Source: Asterionella formosa (Eukaryota). Taken from it: 40,712 bases of DNA. Under the pieces are notes generated by a model that was given only the letters and a program-made list of their open reading frames with translations, had not been told where the DNA came from and did no database searches. The stretch is taken from contig NKIB01014764.1 in NCBI GenBank assembly GCA_002256025.1, forward strand, positions 1 through 40,712. The letters run 5' to 3'. Below, piece by piece: positions 1 to 11,290 of the stretch (position 1 is its first letter; each line of letters starts with the position of its first letter). The position numbers were made by a program, and so were the translations under genes.

Positions 1-78
1 ATCTGCCGGTGATCCAATTCCTCATCACTTTCATCTCACTTACTTCGAATACTGGAAGATTTTATCATAAAATTTAGA

Positions 79-900
79 ATGAACACCCTAACAAGACAGT
101 TCGAGAACTCTATGCTCGTAGTATATCCAGACGAGAAGGCTGTGACGACAATAGTACCAACCAATTCATTTCGTGGTCGAAAACAACGAGTGCGTTTCTC
201 GGAAACCCAAAGCATTGATGATGTCTTTAATCGTCCACTTGTTGTGCAACAGCTTGGTCCGTTACTCAAACCAGCCTCCGCATTGACTAAGAATGAAAAA
301 TCTGAGCAATGGTACACAGGGGCCGAAGCTCGTGAGTGTCGGCAGCGAGCTTTGGAAGTTGCCTCTGTTATTCAACATCGAACGGAAAGTATTGAAAAGT
401 TGAATCCATTGAGCTACGTTAGTGTCCATACAAAAGTATACAGAGCATGTGTGTCTGAAGAATCTCTACCACCTAAGACAATGAACGACCTTGCACATTG
501 GCACCAAGTTGGAGTGTCTCGCCGAGGATTGGAGCGCTGGTCCATGATTGAAATCGGCAACGATAGGTTGTCACGCGTTCGCAGCACCATTGCACGAGTA
601 CTGGCTCTCCAACAATGTAAGGACCTCGAAAATTTTGATTGTGAGGAAAAGGCGCTGTTAATTCGACATGAATCGGAGCAAATGACTCTTTTGTCCAAAC
701 GTTTGGCTTGGGTCTTTGCCAAGGCCGATGAGGTTGCAGCCAGGGGGGACTCCCAAAACGTGATCCTTCAAAACATCATAATGAAGTGTCGCTTCAAGGA
801 GGCAACTAGGAACAAAATCGCCTCCTCTTGTTCGTGCTCAGAAGCTACACATAACTCGAAAGATTTAGATCACATAACTACATGTATTTATTATTTGTAG
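79..900 (+). CDS. Uncharacterised diatom-type RRGLE-family protein, copy A (273 aa, intronless)
   Basis: Long ORF sharing the motif order RVRF...EKxxxWY...SY...W...SRRGLExW...VLxxQ...AxAD with ORFs at 8935, 17711 and 20323. Confidence 0.8.
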   Translation: MNTLTRQFENSMLVVYPDEKAVTTIVPTNSFRGRKQRVRFSETQSIDDVFNRPLVVQQLGPLLKPASALTKNEKSEQWYTGAEARECRQRALEVASVIQHRTESIEKLNPLSYVSVHTKVYRACVSEESLPPKTMNDLAHWHQVGVSRRGLERWSMIEIGNDRLSRVRSTIARVLALQQCKDLENFDCEEKALLIRHESEQMTLLSKRLAWVFAKADEVAARGDSQNVILQNIIMKCRFKEATRNKIASSCSCSEATHNSKDLDHITTCIYYL

Positions 901-1568
901 TAAATGCTGACCACCAAACATTGCCAAGCCGGCACTTTTCCGTCCTGAAAATACGCCGAAGTAGAACTTAAATTAATTTCATTCATTGTTGTCTATACAT
1001 CCATTACCCTGGAGCTTCACGTAACTTCCATGTTAACATAATGAAACTTGGGGAATGCGAGAAAAAATATTTTCATTAACATGTAAGTGAACGAAATTAC
1101 ATGCACCATATTCAGTGTTATCCAGCCAACTGAGATTCCGAAAATTATTAAATTGTCAATCAAATCTCATAGTTATGTTAAAGCTATCCAATAATCGCAC
1201 TCATGCCCAAATAAATCGACACAATTAGTACCGGTTTTATTCGTCTGTCAAGTACAACGGGACCTGCCTCCTTGTCAGACACACATCCCGGAACCCAAAG
1301 GAGTACATAAAAGAACGACAGATGGAAAATGCAGGAATAGAACCCGCCACTTCATGAGGTGTGGTAACCACAAAGCTATTTTTTTCTATCTAAAGAACTA
1401 AACTAAATTCTCAAACAAAGAGCAAAACCACAATGTTGTTTGCCCGATTGATACAACAACAACGGTGCTCAGCCTCACTGTCACAAAGACGAGCGACGAG
1501 AGCAAGGTTTGTAAAGAATCATGCAATTGCAGCTTTGACGGTTTGTTTGTACTAATTCGGTGATCTTG

Positions 1569-2056
1569 CATGGAGCACTTGTGGGCTTGAGTAAAGCTGG
1601 AGGAGAACGCATTTATGGGAAGAATTTATTAGATGTATGGCGCCATTCTTGAAGCACAGCTCGGCCTCAAACGGACCTGGCAACAAAGCGGGAAAAACAA
1701 TTGCATTATCAAATAGTAACAACATTTCATAATTGATGCGATGATGTAACGATTCTCGAAAAGCCAGGAAAAGCTCATTTGTGGTGTGGATGGAATGCAG
1801 AAATGCCACTGGCAGAATCGTTGGAACAAACATGCCCGCAGGTACTAATGCCTTTTGGGAGCGCGCTTTGGCACCGAGGTTGCTACAGGGAGCGACAGTT
1901 ATCGTGGCTGCCCATTCCAATACTGTCAAAGCGCTTTTGAAAGTATTGGATCCAACCATTGTGACTGATCAAATGTTTTCCCCTTTAAAAATTCCGAGTG
2001 CAACCCCATTGGGTAACAAGTTTCAGGTAAGTAGCGAATCAATGTGTATTCCATGA
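1569..2056 (+). pseudogene. gpmA: Decayed cofactor-dependent phosphoglycerate mutase (dPGM) fragment
   Basis: Three colinear motif blocks across at least two frames: 1569-1649 HGALVGLSKAGGERIYGKNLLDVWRHS then TGA at 1650; 1803 onward MPLAESLEQTCPQVLMP; then frameshift to FWERALAPRLLQGATVIVAAHSNTVKALLK...IPSATPL. These match dPGM YGaLtGlnK...WRRS, PxtESL and IaAHGNSlRAL...IPtgxPL. No N-terminal RHG seen. Confidence 0.75.
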
Positions 2057-3281
2057 GGCTTGAAAGTTATTCATCCAATGTTAAAGACACTTGGAGCAGA
2101 AACAGAAATGAGATATCAGTTACAGGCCCGAGTGGTGGATTGACATGTGTTCAGAGTGGCAGCTGGGGGCAGTGGTCCTGCCAATAAGTAGTAAGGCATT
2201 GATGCCTGGTGGTTTTTTAGAGTTTCTGAAAGGTAGTCAGTTTTATGGCCCATTCATACTCCCATATTTCTATAGGCAAGAATTCATTGTGCTACCTTCC
2301 AACAAGATCTGTGCTTCATCCCTAGTTTTGTTAGCGCATGTGAGTCCCCAACCAACTTTCACAAATGGTGTTTGTTGTAGCTGCAGCATTCTTGAGGGAA
2401 ACTCCGAATGCCTGCCTAGGAAGGCGGCACACTGCTTTCATGGTGGCAACCCACTATTTCTTGCACACCAGGCAAGACCAGCGGGCAGGATGGTAAGGAG
2501 TGTGGGATTTGAACCCCAACAATTGCTTCTCAAAAAATTGTGCATATTGATCCACACAACCTCAGATCAAAGGCAATGTGCTAAAGCACTAAGCCATTTC
2601 CTTTTTTAGAGTTTCTAGTTAACAAACTCTCAAAAATTTTAAAAAGTCTTCCATTTATTCAGTATTTTTTCTCTTAGTTTACAAATTAAAATTTTAGAAT
2701 GGATTTATGGTCAACAGCAACAAGCACCTGATGGACTCAACACTGTGTGCTGCCATTGGAACCTGAATGGGCATAATTCATGTATGAGTCCCAAATGATT
2801 AATTTACTGATTTTTATATATTTTGAGAAGCACTATTAGCATTTTTCAAAAAAGTTGCTTGATCCATTCTTAGACTTAGTAGAAGGGGTAAAGTAGCGGA
2901 GATTTACTGATTATGGTGAGGAATGGGGGGGGGGAACGAAATATCTTTTTCCTAATTTTCTTTTTTCTTTTGATGCCTCGACGTATGTGCTAGCTAACAG
3001 TATTAGTATTACCTAATAGTTATATATATAACCGGTAGTCTGTTTACTGGACGCTCCTCCAAGGCAGCACTGCAGAGTGCCTGCCGGTAGAATGCCTTTT
3101 GTGCGTTTAAGGGATACGTATAACGCTTGCTTCTGCAGTCCCAAAGGGAATCCAGAATCCCGTAGCTTGCTTGACGTGGTCGAAAGTGAGTGTGCACATA
3201 GTATCTTCTTTAAATAATATTTGTTATTTGTATGTAAACAAAAATCAAGGATAAAACGCATCATCAATCACAGCATTCACC

Positions 3282-3670
3282 ATGGCGGAGGTCGACGGCA
3301 ATCCACAAGCTGAGGCAGCAGCTCCTGTAGTAGATTCACCAGAAGCTGTGGTTGGGAGTGCTCCAACGGTTGAAGGGAGATGGAAGCTTCCAGAAGGCAT
3401 TGAAGATCATATCGAATCCGGTACGTTGATAGAAATTTCTTCACAGTTAACTGCATACAACGTACAGCGAGACCAATCTAATCAAAGCGAATTCGATTTT
3501 GCACTATAGGGATAATTAATTGCGCTATGGGAGGAATTGCCGGTGGCTTGCTGGGATTGGTTGCCTTTCGGTCCGGAGGTGGATGGAGAGGGGCCTGTGC
3601 CGCTGTTGGTGTTGGAGTTGGCCTTGGATCGACACTGGAACGAGCCAAATTCATGCCTAAATCCAAATAG
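3282..3670 (+). CDS. MIC10: Mic10/MINOS1-like MICOS complex subunit (2 exons: 3282-3420, 3510-3670)
   Basis: Removing GT-AG intron 3421-3509 gives ...GRWKLPEGIEDHIESGIINCAMGGIAGGLLGLVAFRSGGGWRGACAAVGVGVGLGSTLERAKFMPKSK*. This is two Gly-rich TM helices around a basic loop with GxGxGxG, the Mic10 pattern. Confidence 0.7.
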
Positions 3671-3814
3671 GTAGTACTTGAAAAAGATATTGATGCGCGA
3701 AATGATGAAATTGGGCGGATTATTGACTACATGCAAGCTCGTTAGTAAGCTCGGTTATGCAGTTTCAAAAACAATTCCTATGATGCTAAACTATCGCTTT
3801 GATTTGTGCATTTC

Positions 3815-6533
3815 CTATTTGTTTCGTAAGTGAGGTGGGATGTATCGTCCTCGAGCTGGTGCCGCCCCTGCAGCGGGAGGAGGCGAAGACACTGCAGGAG
3901 TAGGAACCACGACAGGGGCGGGAGTGATGACAGGCCGTGCTGGAACCAGAGGGAGTGCTTCCTTGATTGGGTTTGTATCAAATACGTCCGTCTTTGGCTC
4001 TGCAATAGACACTGGTTTCTTAGGCACCACAACCTCCAACTTCGGCTCTTGTTTCGGGGGCTTTGCATTGACCTTCTTTTCTTCCCCGGTCTTTTTTGCC
4101 ACTGAAGCATCCCCGCGTAGTGTTCCCTTTTGATCGCCTTCAATACCCATTTGCGCCCGCATGTCCAGTTTGAAGTTTTGAATGTCACCCTTATAGACAG
4201 TGACCTTCTTGTGGTCACAAATCCAAATCTCTTTGGCGACTTGAGAAATAAGACGCATATCGTGAGAAACCAAAACCATACCACCTTCAAATTCGTTTAC
4301 AGCCTTGGCCAAGGCATCGATGGATTCCATATCTAAATGATTCGTCTGCATTTTGAACAACATGTATTAGCGTCAAGGTTCGTTCATTGGACATGTCACT
4401 GTCCACATTGTACGTACCGGTTCGTCGAGCAGCAAAATATGGGGGACATCACGTCCCAGCTTGGCAAACACGACACGGGAACATTGTCCATCACTCAGTT
4501 CACCCATTTTTTGAACCTGCATCTTGCCAGAGACTCCGAAGCGTCCAAGGTACTTGCGCTGTTCTTCTCGAGGATCACCGGGGTACATTTTTTCGAAGAA
4601 TTCAAGTGGGGTCAGGTCCATGTCCAAGACATCCACAAAGTGCTGAGTGAAACGACCCATTTTCAAATGACCATGGGGACGAATGTCACCAAGAGTAGGC
4701 AGTAGCTCGCCCGTCATGAGTTTCACAAGAGTCGTTTTACCTAGAAAAGTCATATTGGGTTAGGCATTCTGTTGCTGAATAAGACAACATGACATAGTTC
4801 CTCGTCCTACTCACCTGCTCCATTCGGTCCGACAAGCGCCACTCGACTATCCAAGTCCACACCAAAATCAACATTGGTGTATAGAGTTTCACAGTTGGGA
4901 TACGCAAATGACACATCTCGAAAGGCCAAGACCGGTGGAGGCAAATGCCCAGGATTGGGAAACTTGAAATTCAACGACTTTTCTTCATCTGGTTTTTCTG
5001 TCAATCCTGCTCGCACCATCTTGGCCAATACTTTTTCTTTGGACTGCGCCTGTTTCGCATTCTTGGAGGTACCATGACCGAATTTGGCGATGTACTGTTT
5101 CATGGAAGCCATTTGTTCTTGCTCCCATTTGTATTGCTTCAGTTGATTCTCTTCCTGTTCATGCTTTGTCTTGACAAATTGGTCATAGTTACCATCGTAG
5201 TAGACAAGCTTCCGACGCGCCGTAAAGTGAATCATGTGGGTGCAAACGTTATTTAAAAAATCTTGGGAGTGCGACACAAGAAGAAGAATTTTGTCCCAAC
5301 GGGACAGGTAGTCTTCCAACCAGATGACAGCTTCCATGTCTAAACTATATAGTTGAAGTGAGTGTACTAGCCTCGAGAATTTGAATTACCCATCATGCCA
5401 TGAACACAACCATTTACTTACTGATTTGTCCTGAAATCAAGAAACAAAGTGAAATGATCATGTAAGCAAGGATAGGAAATCATTAGAAACGAAGTTCAAA
5501 CTGTTGTGTGAGGCATGCTTGATGTAACTTACGGCTCATCCAACAACAAGCACACTGGTTGAATAAACAATGCTCGCGCTAAGGACACACGCATTCTCCA
5601 CCCTCCCGAAAAGTCCTTTGTTTTCTTTGACTGCATTTCGTGCGTAAATCCTAAACCCTTCAGAATACTACGAGCGCGCACTTCGGCTGTATCAGCGTCG
5701 AGGGCATCCAATCGCTCATACACAGAATTCAATGTTTCCATTACTTCCTCCTGAATTTCTTCAGGAGTCTTTCCGTCCTCATCTGGCTCATCTTTCTCGG
5801 ATAGCTTTGCTAAGAAATGGTTTAATTCTTCCGCCGTTGCCTCCAGCCTTAAGCGCTCCTGATCCACGCTCATAACTGCTTCCAAGGCAGTCATTCTATC
5901 TGATGCCTCCACTTCCTCCTTGAGGAAAAAAATATCAATCGACCTTGGTACAGGAACCGCTCTCGCACCAATAGCCTTCAGGAATGTACTTTTTCCGCAA
6001 CCATTCCTTCCAATCAAGCCGTAACGGTTGCCATGATTCAATACGATCTCCGTTTCGTCCAGCATGACATTGCCCTTGTGCTGAAGTGTAAAGTTTTCCA
6101 CCTTTATGTCACGCGATCGAGCATCAACACCCTTGCGGGATGCTGCAAACGTACAGATAGTCCCGTCCGAGGCCAGCTTATCAGCCTGGTCATAGTCAAT
6201 GCCATCATCTCCCGCTGTTTTGGAGCCAGCGACTGTTTCCGTGAGTTCGCCCTGTGGTTCGACTTCTTCCTCGACTTCCTCGTCCACCTCCACTCCTGAC
6301 GCCTTCAACTTGGCCTTCTTCTTGCTTTCTCTAGCCTCCTTGGCTCTGGCTTTCTTTTCTTCCTTGGATAGCTTCTTTTCAAAGAGTTCTTGGTCGCCTC
6401 CGCCCATGGCTGCTTCGGTCAGATCCTTCCGCAATTTTGCTTCAAAGTCAATTGAATTTCGCGCATCTTCTTCGTCTTTTAACGCTTGAGCTTCGGCCAG
6501 TTTGTTCTTTTTGGCGTGCCACGTCGTTGCCAT
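3815..6533 (-). CDS. ABCF2: ABC-F family ATPase ABCF2/Arb1 (exons 6533-5533, 5430-5422, 5344-4815, 4740-4418, 4345-3815)
   Basis: Two ABC domains and no TM segments: GRNGCGKS / FSGGWRMR / LLLDEPTNHLD and GPNGAGKT / LSDGQ / LLLDEPTNHLD. LSDGQ is typical of ABCF2. All four introns are GT-AG and restore the frame. Confidence 0.92.
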
Positions 6534-8934
6534 GGTGATAACGAGAGAAGTTGTAAGAACTGTACAAGTCCCTAACAAATACAATCCATGAGCTTTTTTA
6601 AAATAAAACAGTTCCTACGAAACGACGATCATTGTCACGGCCATCAGGCAGGCGGGCGGACAGAGAGAAAAGGTAATGAGCTTGGATGGAGTCTACCGTA
6701 GTTGTTTATTCGTTCATTCGCTCATCATCAATTACCAGTGGTACGTAATATGTAGGATGGTACCTGGTACCACAGGAACCAGTACTCCACTTCAAAACTG
6801 CTTTGAACCTGTTTTGAAATTATTTTACTGCTTCACATCATGGAGCACTTGTTGTGCTATGCAGATAGGAGGATTCAGATGCTGTGGCATTTACATCATA
6901 TTTTAGTCTTTAGACTGTAGATTTGCTTGCTTATCCCCTAAATGCTCTCACAATTTTGAGAGTATGAGAAATTTGGGGGACTTGTTCAGGGATCTAGATG
7001 ATGAAACTTTGTCAAACATATAGATCATTTCTTGAGCTCCCTCCCTCTAACCACAGGAGGCATCCCTGATCTTCTTCATTGCTGAAATGCAATCATTGAA
7101 TGAATGTTTTGGTGCAATTTTCACATGGATGATAAAGGGGATGAGAAAGGATGGCATCAGATTCAACAATCAACCACACAAACTCCCTGGAATGAAGGGC
7201 GGGCAGTGCTTAGATACTCTATGAATCTACTAGAAGAAGCATTCCAATAAGTAGTGCATCAACCTTTAACTGACTCCTCTGTAGCCAACCACACAATTTT
7301 GACTTTCTGAAAAATGACATTTACTGGTATCCATTCCTAGAGGTTGCGGCTCCTGCAAGTCAGATCTCAGATCTAAAGTGGTTACCAGTCAAAATCATTT
7401 TTACGGAAGTTAGTAAATCCGGTGGATCATTTCGAAAACATCATCGTCAAATAGGGGCAATATTTTGTTCTTAAGTAATTTCTTTTCAATATTTTATTAG
7501 TATATGTGCAAACCACCTTCATACTCAAACTCATCAGCATCAATCATTCTCTTGCCTGATTGGCCATTTGCTGGATGGGCGAGAAACACCAGCCAACACA
7601 TAAATTTCATAGCTGCATCATCGGCATCAGCCAAGCAACAAAAACATGAATCGTCGCCGCATGTAATCCCAACATGCCTACCAGTGGTACTCCATCCAAT
7701 CTTCTGGTAGGGTAGTAACAATATCCTCTGTTTGGAGGATAGAGTGTTGGTGGAGGCCGCCTGCTTGTCAGAAAAGCAAAGGTTGTGGAGGCAAAGGCAT
7801 GTTCATAGCAGCTGGTGGGGTCAGAGGTATCACAATCCCTGTCTCATCAGTGCCTTCATTGTTGATTGTCAAATGTCAACTTCGGCAGTTTCCCATCCTC
7901 AGCCAAAGGAGGGGGGTCATGAAAATGCTAAAATATTCGACCATGCATACAGGTGAAGAAAAGTGACGAAATGAAAATTAAAAATTCCTTGAACGACCAT
8001 TGGCCTACATGACGTTCCCGTAGACGACATACCGGGGAAAAATTTCCATACGTCATGAGGACTGCTTCATGTGGAACTGGTAAATGGTACCAGGGACCGT
8101 CAGAAAAAATGACCTGATGATGATGACATCATCAATATTTTTGCAGCCGTGTGATAATGCATCTCTGCCAGGCACCTGGTACGTGGTACCGGAAGAAGCA
8201 TACGACATATTAGCGCGGAGTACAAGACTGGCTGAGGATCGTGTTGCTACGGGTATGTGTACCAGATAACCGGTAGCTTTGGTCATCTATGTTCCAGCTT
8301 GTAATCGTGGGGTTGTTCTCATATCTGGCTGCCTTCGGGCGATCGTCTCTTGTTGCGTGTTGCTTATTTAATTAAAATTTGGCCCAACAGATATCTGTTT
8401 GTTTTGATCGCCTGCTTCGTATTTCGGACTCCATACGAAATATAGCATTTCGTCTGTCGAATGATTTTGAAAAGTTTACCGGGGTCATTGAGTTGGTGAC
8501 ATATGCCTGTAATTACGCCTTGGTACAGTACGGAGCATGTCGTATTCCTGGTTTCAGTATCCTGAAATAGGAGGTACCGGTAGGATGTTTTTAAAAGAGA
8601 GAACGACGGTCACCCAAGAAGTCAAAGGTCTACTGGCACTTAATTACTCCGAAGGTTTGTTATTGTGTACTCCTGTATGTACCGGTACCTGGTACACTGG
8701 TACAATTCACCGAACTTTTCCCCCATTTATAAAGGACGACAAGTAACGCGACAAGCATCAAGTTGAAAAAATACCTCAACATCTGATCATGTTCTCTCAT
8801 AAAATATTACCACAATGGGAGGTCATTTTTTTGTTGGAACCAACCAAACAAATTTCTTCTTCAACTGATCCGCCAATTCTCACCTCGGCATATTTTGTTT
8901 CAATAGTGATAACGCACGCAGAAACGCGAGCACA

Positions 8935-9609
8935 ATGGTCCAACGTCGAGTTCATTTCAGTGATTCTGAGAACGATTCTGTACAAGTATCAATTCGAGAA
9001 ATTATTCCACTTTCAGACATGACCGATGATGAAAAGGATGCCGTATGGTACAGTCACCCTGAGTATCATCATACTAAGCGTCTAGCTAAGAGTATCGCAA
9101 GAGGAATACAAGATCGCGAATCGTTGTCCACTTCGTCATGCGGATATTCGCATGTTTTGCTTGCTGCATACAAGTCCATTTTATCCAACGATGACATGTC
9201 CGAGGATGAAGTGCGCATTTTCGAGAGATGGATAGTTTCTGGTCACTCTCGTCGTGGATTGGAGCAATGGGCGATCCCGGATCTTCAATCCATGATTCAA
9301 GCGCGTAAATTTGGCTCAATTCGAAAAGTGGTCGACATGCAACGTTCATTTTCCGAGTCCGACCATCCGGACTATGACCTTGCAGAAGCGATCGCTGCCA
9401 TGTACGCCAAGAATTCAGAGGCAACTGTGAGGTTTTCTCTTTTAATGGGTCAAGCTGATCAATCCGCAGTTTCAAGAGGCGGAGTTGATGCCCTACTAAC
9501 TTTGGAGAATACGAAAGAAGCCAGCAATGAGGCGCGATCCAGCAAAGGCTCAACCCAGAAGATGCAGTATATGAAAAAGCTTCAAGTGCTACGTTCAAGG
9601 GCAGCATAG
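8935..9609 (+). CDS. Uncharacterised RRGLE-family protein, copy B (224 aa)
   Basis: RRVHF...MTDDEKDAVWYS...GYSHVL...W...SRRGLEQW...VVDMQ...GQAD; same architecture as 79..900. Confidence 0.8.
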   Translation: MVQRRVHFSDSENDSVQVSIREIIPLSDMTDDEKDAVWYSHPEYHHTKRLAKSIARGIQDRESLSTSSCGYSHVLLAAYKSILSNDDMSEDEVRIFERWIVSGHSRRGLEQWAIPDLQSMIQARKFGSIRKVVDMQRSFSESDHPDYDLAEAIAAMYAKNSEATVRFSLLMGQADQSAVSRGGVDALLTLENTKEASNEARSSKGSTQKMQYMKKLQVLRSRAA

Positions 9610-10290
9610 TTTGGTTGCACTCGATTCAATAATGATTTAGGTTTCAACGGGTTAACTATTTTTGATTCATTTAGATGAACATTCACAGGTGATTAGGTGA
9701 ATTACTGGTACTGCGAGATGAAACAATGAAATAACAATGTCGCTTTCAGCTTGTTTGGACTACAGCTCAACCAACGCATAATCGTTCATGGATGCCGACA
9801 GCATGTACCACCTACAAGGACTTGTGATGGGAATAGAGTCGTAAAATGTAGTAATGACTGCATTGATTGACGAAAACACAGTAGACAATAAATGGTAGGT
9901 TGAGTGTTTTCATCCATAGAATTCCGGGACCGAAATTGTCTTGCCTATGGCGTATCGATCTTGCTATACGACGGCTCCGCATTTCACCAAACATATAGGC
10001 AAAACTTTACGCTATTCCTCAGATGTGATCCAGCTCACTGAGTTCTCTGTACATTACTAGCTATATACCCTGCCCCCGCCCAGATGGCATATAGTTAATA
10101 TTTGCTTAATTTGTCATTTACATCTTATTGCAGTTCACCCAGGCCTTTCGTGCACCTACTGCTGACATGCTGGAAGGCGTACTAATTAGCACCTTCGATT
10201 GACAACCTTTCTGACCCAAGCGAACCATAACGGGTCTATTTTGATATTTTGGATGAGCTATAGGAAATGCCGATTTCAGGCGTTGATAAG

Positions 10291-10822
10291 TTAATACTTG
10301 GAGAGGAACGACAACGGACCTTCCGTTGGTAGAAAATGCAAGAAATCATTGGCAAGTAAAATAAACGGGAAACCAAACAAGATGCTGCAAGAATAAAAAA
10401 AGATTCTGAGCAAAGGATTTTTACATGTTCACACCCATCTCTGTTGCAACTTTACAACGTGTGCTTGGAATCGAATCAACGTATATGTAAACTTACTAGG
10501 CCCACCAGTTCATTTGAAATGGATTTGTGTTGGCTGCCATGGCTGGATCGATAAAATTTACTTCCTTGACTTCTCCACCCTTTCCAAAACCTAGATTCTT
10601 GACTAACATTGTTCTTGGTGCATCCGTCGTCGTCACGAGCACTGTCGTTGTGGTGTCATCAATATTGGTCGACTCAAGGGGCTTGGCGTTGGCGTTGTCG
10701 TCGCCAGCATTAAACATGGACAAACGGCTCGCGGTCATTCTCGTTTTGAGAACAAAGGGAGCAGGAGCAAATGCTGATACTAACGCAAGGGTAGCAAGGA
10801 AGACAAAGAATGACTTCACCAT
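10291..10822 (-). CDS. Small plastid-targeted single-pass membrane protein, function unknown (exons 10822-10497, 10384-10291)
   Basis: Signal peptide MVKSFFVFLATLALVSA-FAP (ASAFAP-type) plus an S/T/R-rich transit peptide. Intron 10385-10496 (GTAAGT...TTGCAG) joins NWWA to YILFGFPFILLANDFLHFLPTEGPLSFLSKY*. Confidence 0.8.
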
Positions 10823-11079
10823 GATGGAAGTAGGTTATAAGATACCGGTAGACAAGTTGATGATGAAAAATGGAAAAGTGAACACCACCTTGCAGACATG
10901 TAAATTGTCAGCAGGTTTATGTGTAAACAAAAGGTGAAGGACTTTGAACTACCAATACCTCATGGAACCGGTATTACCGGTAGTCAACATATTCATCTGC
11001 TAATTTAATAACATGGAGTGCTTTGACGCCAAGAAGTGTAAGCAAGATTTTATGTTCAACCTGACGCCCTGAAGAGTAC

Positions 11080-11290
11080 TCTACCTGCTACCTGGTACTG
11101 TAGTACCAGGTACTATGTACAAGGTAGGAAGGAGTACATGGTACTGGTACCGGCATACAGATGCATATGATATATTGATGCCGGTATTAACAACTGGCAC
11201 CTGGTACCTGGTACCTGTTACCAGGTACGAGGCATTGGTACTACCTCGTACATGGTACCAGGTACCCTGGTACAAGGTACTGGCAGTCAA
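11080..11290. repeat. Dense cluster of GGTAC/GTACC/CCTGG/CCAGG palindromic units
   Basis: e.g. CCTGGTACTGTAGTACCAGGTAC, CACCTGGTACCTGGTACCTG, TGGTACCAGGTACCCTGGTAC. Confidence 0.85.

Noticed and set aside
11080..11290. CRISPR-like or telomeric array
   Set aside because: No constant repeat with unique spacers of regular length, no cas genes, a eukaryotic context, and the units are not TTAGGG-like.
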